Source: an uncultured Chloroflexia bacterium
Lineage (GTDB): Bacteria; Chloroflexota; Chloroflexia; QHBQ01; JADMIH01
DNA length: 64,000 nucleotides
Reading direction: 5' to 3'
NCBI GenBank assembly: GCA_963797095.1
Contig: CAWCNY010000003.1
Location: 320,001-384,000 of the forward strand
The first letter of the stretch is position 1, and the number at the start of each line of letters is the position of its first letter. Below, piece by piece: positions 61,287 to 64,000 of this stretch. The position numbers and the translations under genes are program-made. The notes beneath the pieces are model-generated. The model did no database searches, was not told the origin of the DNA, and saw nothing but the letters and a program-made list of their open reading frames with translations.

Positions 61287-61873
61287 GGAACATATCCAAG
61301 CCGCTGCTCAAGCGCGGCTTTCACTTGGGGCCACTCGGCTTCTATTATGCTGAACATCACGCTATTGCGGTAATAACCGTCGGGCAGGATGTAGTGGTTG
61401 CGAAGCGTGCCCTCCAGTTTCGCCCCTAACTTCGCCATAGCGCGCTGGCTCTGGACATTGCGCTCGTCAGTCTTCAATTGGACCCTAATCGCACCCAGAG
61501 TCTCAAGTGCGTGGCGCAGCAGCATGTATTTATTCTCAGGGTTTACCTGCGTCCCCTGGTATGCCTTGCCGAGCCACGTATAACCGATCTCTAACCCTCG
61601 ATGCTCAGAGCGTACATCCATGTAGGAGGTCGTACCGACAGCCTGCCCAAGTTCTTTCAGGATAATCGCAAATGGCATGCGTCCCGGCACGCTCAACGAC
61701 TTGCGCATATACTCGGCCCAGGCCTCATCGGAAGCATCGGCGGGAGCGAGAGGGTGCCAGCGCAGAATAGTCTGATCTTGAAGCCAGGATGCGTGCAAAC
61801 CCGCGAAGTGCTCCGGCCCAAGAGGCTCCAGCCGCACAGTCTTGCCCTCGAGAGTAACAGGCTCAACCCACAT
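61283..61873 (-). CDS. RimJ/RimL-type GNAT acetyltransferase
   Basis: EIGYTWL, RVQLKTDERN, GAKLEGTLR. Confidence 0.9.
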   Translation of the reverse strand: MWVEPVTLEGKTVRLEPLGPEHFAGLHASWLQDQTILRWHPLAPADASDEAWAEYMRKSLSVPGRMPFAIILKELGQAVGTTSYMDVRSEHRGLEIGYTWLGKAYQGTQVNPENKYMLLRHALETLGAIRVQLKTDERNVQSQRAMAKLGAKLEGTLRNHYILPDGYYRNSVMFSIIEAEWPQVKAALEQRLGYVP

Positions 61874-62175
61874 AAATGCTCCTATTGGACGAAGGACGAA
61901 GGACGAAGGACGAATGAACCAAATTAGCATTCGCCTTTCGTCTTTCGTCCGTTAAAGCCAAACACCCGCCGGGCAGAGCGGGTGTCTGGTTGCAAGGAAG
62001 GAGCGAAGAGCCATGCGGCGCAAAGTACATGTGATCTCCGTTCACCTATTACGACGAACGACCCCAATCCTTTATTACACCATTACAACGAATTTGCCGG
62101 AAAATTCGCAGATTCTGCCGTTTTCACGCTCTAACTATCGGCTTCTGCGGTCCCGGACAGGGAATTCCATGGGCA

Positions 62176-62910
62176 CTACCGTCTTATACCCATCGCTGCC
62201 TGTTCTCTTTCCATCTCGCTCTTGAGATAGAATCCGGAGATCAGAGGGATCGCCAATGCCGCAAAGAGCATAACACAACCGACCAGCAGGATAGTCAAGG
62301 CCCACGACATGCCGAGATATATCCAGTACCCGACCAGCAGGGCCACTCCTCGCGTAGTCTTGCCCGCCCAGATGTGCCCTATACCCAGGAAGCCCACATA
62401 CCCTAACAATTCAAGCAGCAAGCCGACCGTAGGGTCTTTGGGCTGAGCATACCCGTACTGAGGTTGCGGATACTGCTGGTACTGTGGATTTTGCGGATAG
62501 TAAGGCTGCTGCTGTTGAGGGTACTGTTGCTGCGGGTAGGGTTGCTGTGGAGGCGGTGCATACTGTGCAGGTTGCCCCTGTCCCTGCCCGTACTGAGAAG
62601 GATTGTACTGAGGTGGCGCGGTATATTGCGTTGGCTGCCCCTGGCCTCCGTAGGCCCCTGCACCGCTGCCGGGCGTTTCACTACCCGGTGAATACTGTCC
62701 GGGCTGCCAGGAATACGGATCGCGGGCTGGCACCCCCGGCGTTTCCAGGGGCGAAGCAGGCATGGGTGAAGTCGAATAGGGTGGGTTTGGTGAGCTATAG
62801 GAACCACCAATATTTACGGTTGGCGTACCTTCCGCTGGTGGGGTCGAGCCGCCGGCATCTGAGCGGGCTTTCTCCTCACCGGAGTTGGGCACTTCGGGTT
62901 TGTCGTTCAT
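62176..62910 (-). CDS. Pro/Gln/Tyr-rich protein with C-terminal TM2-like membrane domain
   Basis: KDPTVGLLLELL..GFLGIGHIWAG. Confidence 0.75.
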   Translation of the reverse strand: MNDKPEVPNSGEEKARSDAGGSTPPAEGTPTVNIGGSYSSPNPPYSTSPMPASPLETPGVPARDPYSWQPGQYSPGSETPGSGAGAYGGQGQPTQYTAPPQYNPSQYGQGQGQPAQYAPPPQQPYPQQQYPQQQQPYYPQNPQYQQYPQPQYGYAQPKDPTVGLLLELLGYVGFLGIGHIWAGKTTRGVALLVGYWIYLGMSWALTILLVGCVMLFAALAIPLISGFYLKSEMEREQAAMGIRR

Positions 62911-63142
62911 AGAGTAACCTCCTCTTCTATTTAGGCAGGAACACGCCGCCATTATAGCTTAAGGCCTGCCCGTCGTATATAAATACGGACCCCATGCGTG
63001 CAAAGTTGCGGCTTTCGCCGCCCGAAAATGGTAAAATAGAAGTGATATTGCCCCTTGTCGCCTCCCCCGATGCCAGGCACACAGGCTGTTTGCCCCATTT
63101 ACAGGGAAGGCGTCAATCCCCTTGAGAGGAGAGTTGCCCGCC

Positions 63143-64000
63143 GTGGCAAAGAAGACCCCCGCTACCGACCCCGCTTTCCAACAGAGCTTCGGTTTCACAG
63201 CACCCGCCGCCGACCCTGAGCTACCTTCAACCCCTGAGGAAACGCTCCCCGATGAGCCTGCCTGGCTGAACGATGCCCCCACTCCGGACGACAACGACAC
63301 CGTAGCTCCCAACGAGGATGCCCCACGTAAATACATCCACCAGCCCGACCCCGCAGCCCGCGAGCGCATCCTTGCGGGGTTGAATTCGAGGCAGCGCGAG
63401 GCCGTCGAAACCACCTCCGGCCCACTCCTCATTATTGCGGGCCCCGGCAGCGGCAAAACCCGCGTGCTCACGCACCGCATCGCCTATTTGATCGAGGTGG
63501 AAGGCGTGTGGCCGAGCCGCATATGCGCCGTTACGTTCACTAACAAAGCCGCTTTCGAGATGAAGCACAGGCTGGAGGGGCTGATTGGCTCAAGAGTCAA
63601 GGAGCTGACGGTGGGCACGTTTCACAGCCTCGGCGTGCGTATTCTGCGCCAGGATGCCGATGCAATCGGCTACCCGCGCGACTTTGCCATCTACGACGAC
63701 GACGACCAGTTGGCCCTGGTCAAGCAGGCCATTAAAGATATCGGCCTCGATGAGAAGATGTATCCCCCACGCTCGTTCCTCTCACGAATTAGCGACGCCA
63801 AGGCGGTGCTTGCGGGGCCTGAAGAGGCCCTCCGGCAGGCCGAGAACTACCGGCAGGAGATCGCGGCCCGTGTCTACCGCCGCTACCAGGAACTTCTACA
63901 GGGCAACAAGGGGATGGACTTCGACGACCTGATCAAGCTCACTATCGAGCTTTTCACCGAGCGGCCCGATATCATAAGGCGCTACCAGGAGAGATTCCTG
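63143..64000 (+). CDS. pcrA: UvrD/PcrA helicase, partial, with acidic N-terminal extension
   Basis: Manual translation: LNSRQREAV, AGPGSGKTRVLTHRIAY, TFTNKAA, GTFHS, DFDDLI. Confidence 0.93.
   Translation, partial: MAKKTPATDPAFQQSFGFTAPAADPELPSTPEETLPDEPAWLNDAPTPDDNDTVAPNEDAPRKYIHQPDPAARERILAGLNSRQREAVETTSGPLLIIAGPGSGKTRVLTHRIAYLIEVEGVWPSRICAVTFTNKAAFEMKHRLEGLIGSRVKELTVGTFHSLGVRILRQDADAIGYPRDFAIYDDDDQLALVKQAIKDIGLDEKMYPPRSFLSRISDAKAVLAGPEEALRQAENYRQEIAARVYRRYQELLQGNKGMDFDDLIKLTIELFTERPDIIRRYQERFL

Noticed and set aside
61863-62045. Leader peptide/attenuator upstream of the GNAT gene
   Set aside because: An RBS and a hairpin (ACACCCGC/GCGGGTGT) are present, but the ORF runs through heptamer repeats and has no regulatory codon run

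Overview
64 kb of a high-GC bacterial chromosome, most likely Chloroflexota (inferred from gene content and repeat style, not proven). From left to right: (1) a coenzyme F420 biosynthesis/utilisation cluster (cofE, cofC, cofD, three LLM oxidoreductases, a PPOX protein, and an unannotated PPOX-nitroreductase fusion at the left edge); (2) a lon - PHP/Schlafen-like - moxR - DUF58 - DUF4129 block; (3) moeA and a Tat-signal GGT; (4) a disrupted zone at 28-29 kb where GC skew flips from G-rich to strongly C-rich; (5) arcC-argF, a UGA-interrupted selenocysteine glutaredoxin-PDZ gene and an EtfB-EtfA fusion; (6) a cobalamin-riboswitch ECF operon with two surface proteins that together resemble a split transcobalamin; (7) ccdA/TlpA, a DtxR/MntR regulator, T-box-controlled valS and a partial pcrA. 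The most striking unannotated feature is a 266-bp sequence present twice (28102-28367 and 37778-38043, one mismatch). It is a protein-free IS200/IS605-type element with TTAC target sites, IS608-like end hairpins, its own promoter and a structured, pseudoknotted RNA resembling a TnpB-type omega-RNA scaffold, and each copy would carry a different 3' guide. Modular heptamer-repeat hairpin cassettes are scattered through the window, some inside genes. All calls come from reading the sequence by eye; no searches or folding programs were run.
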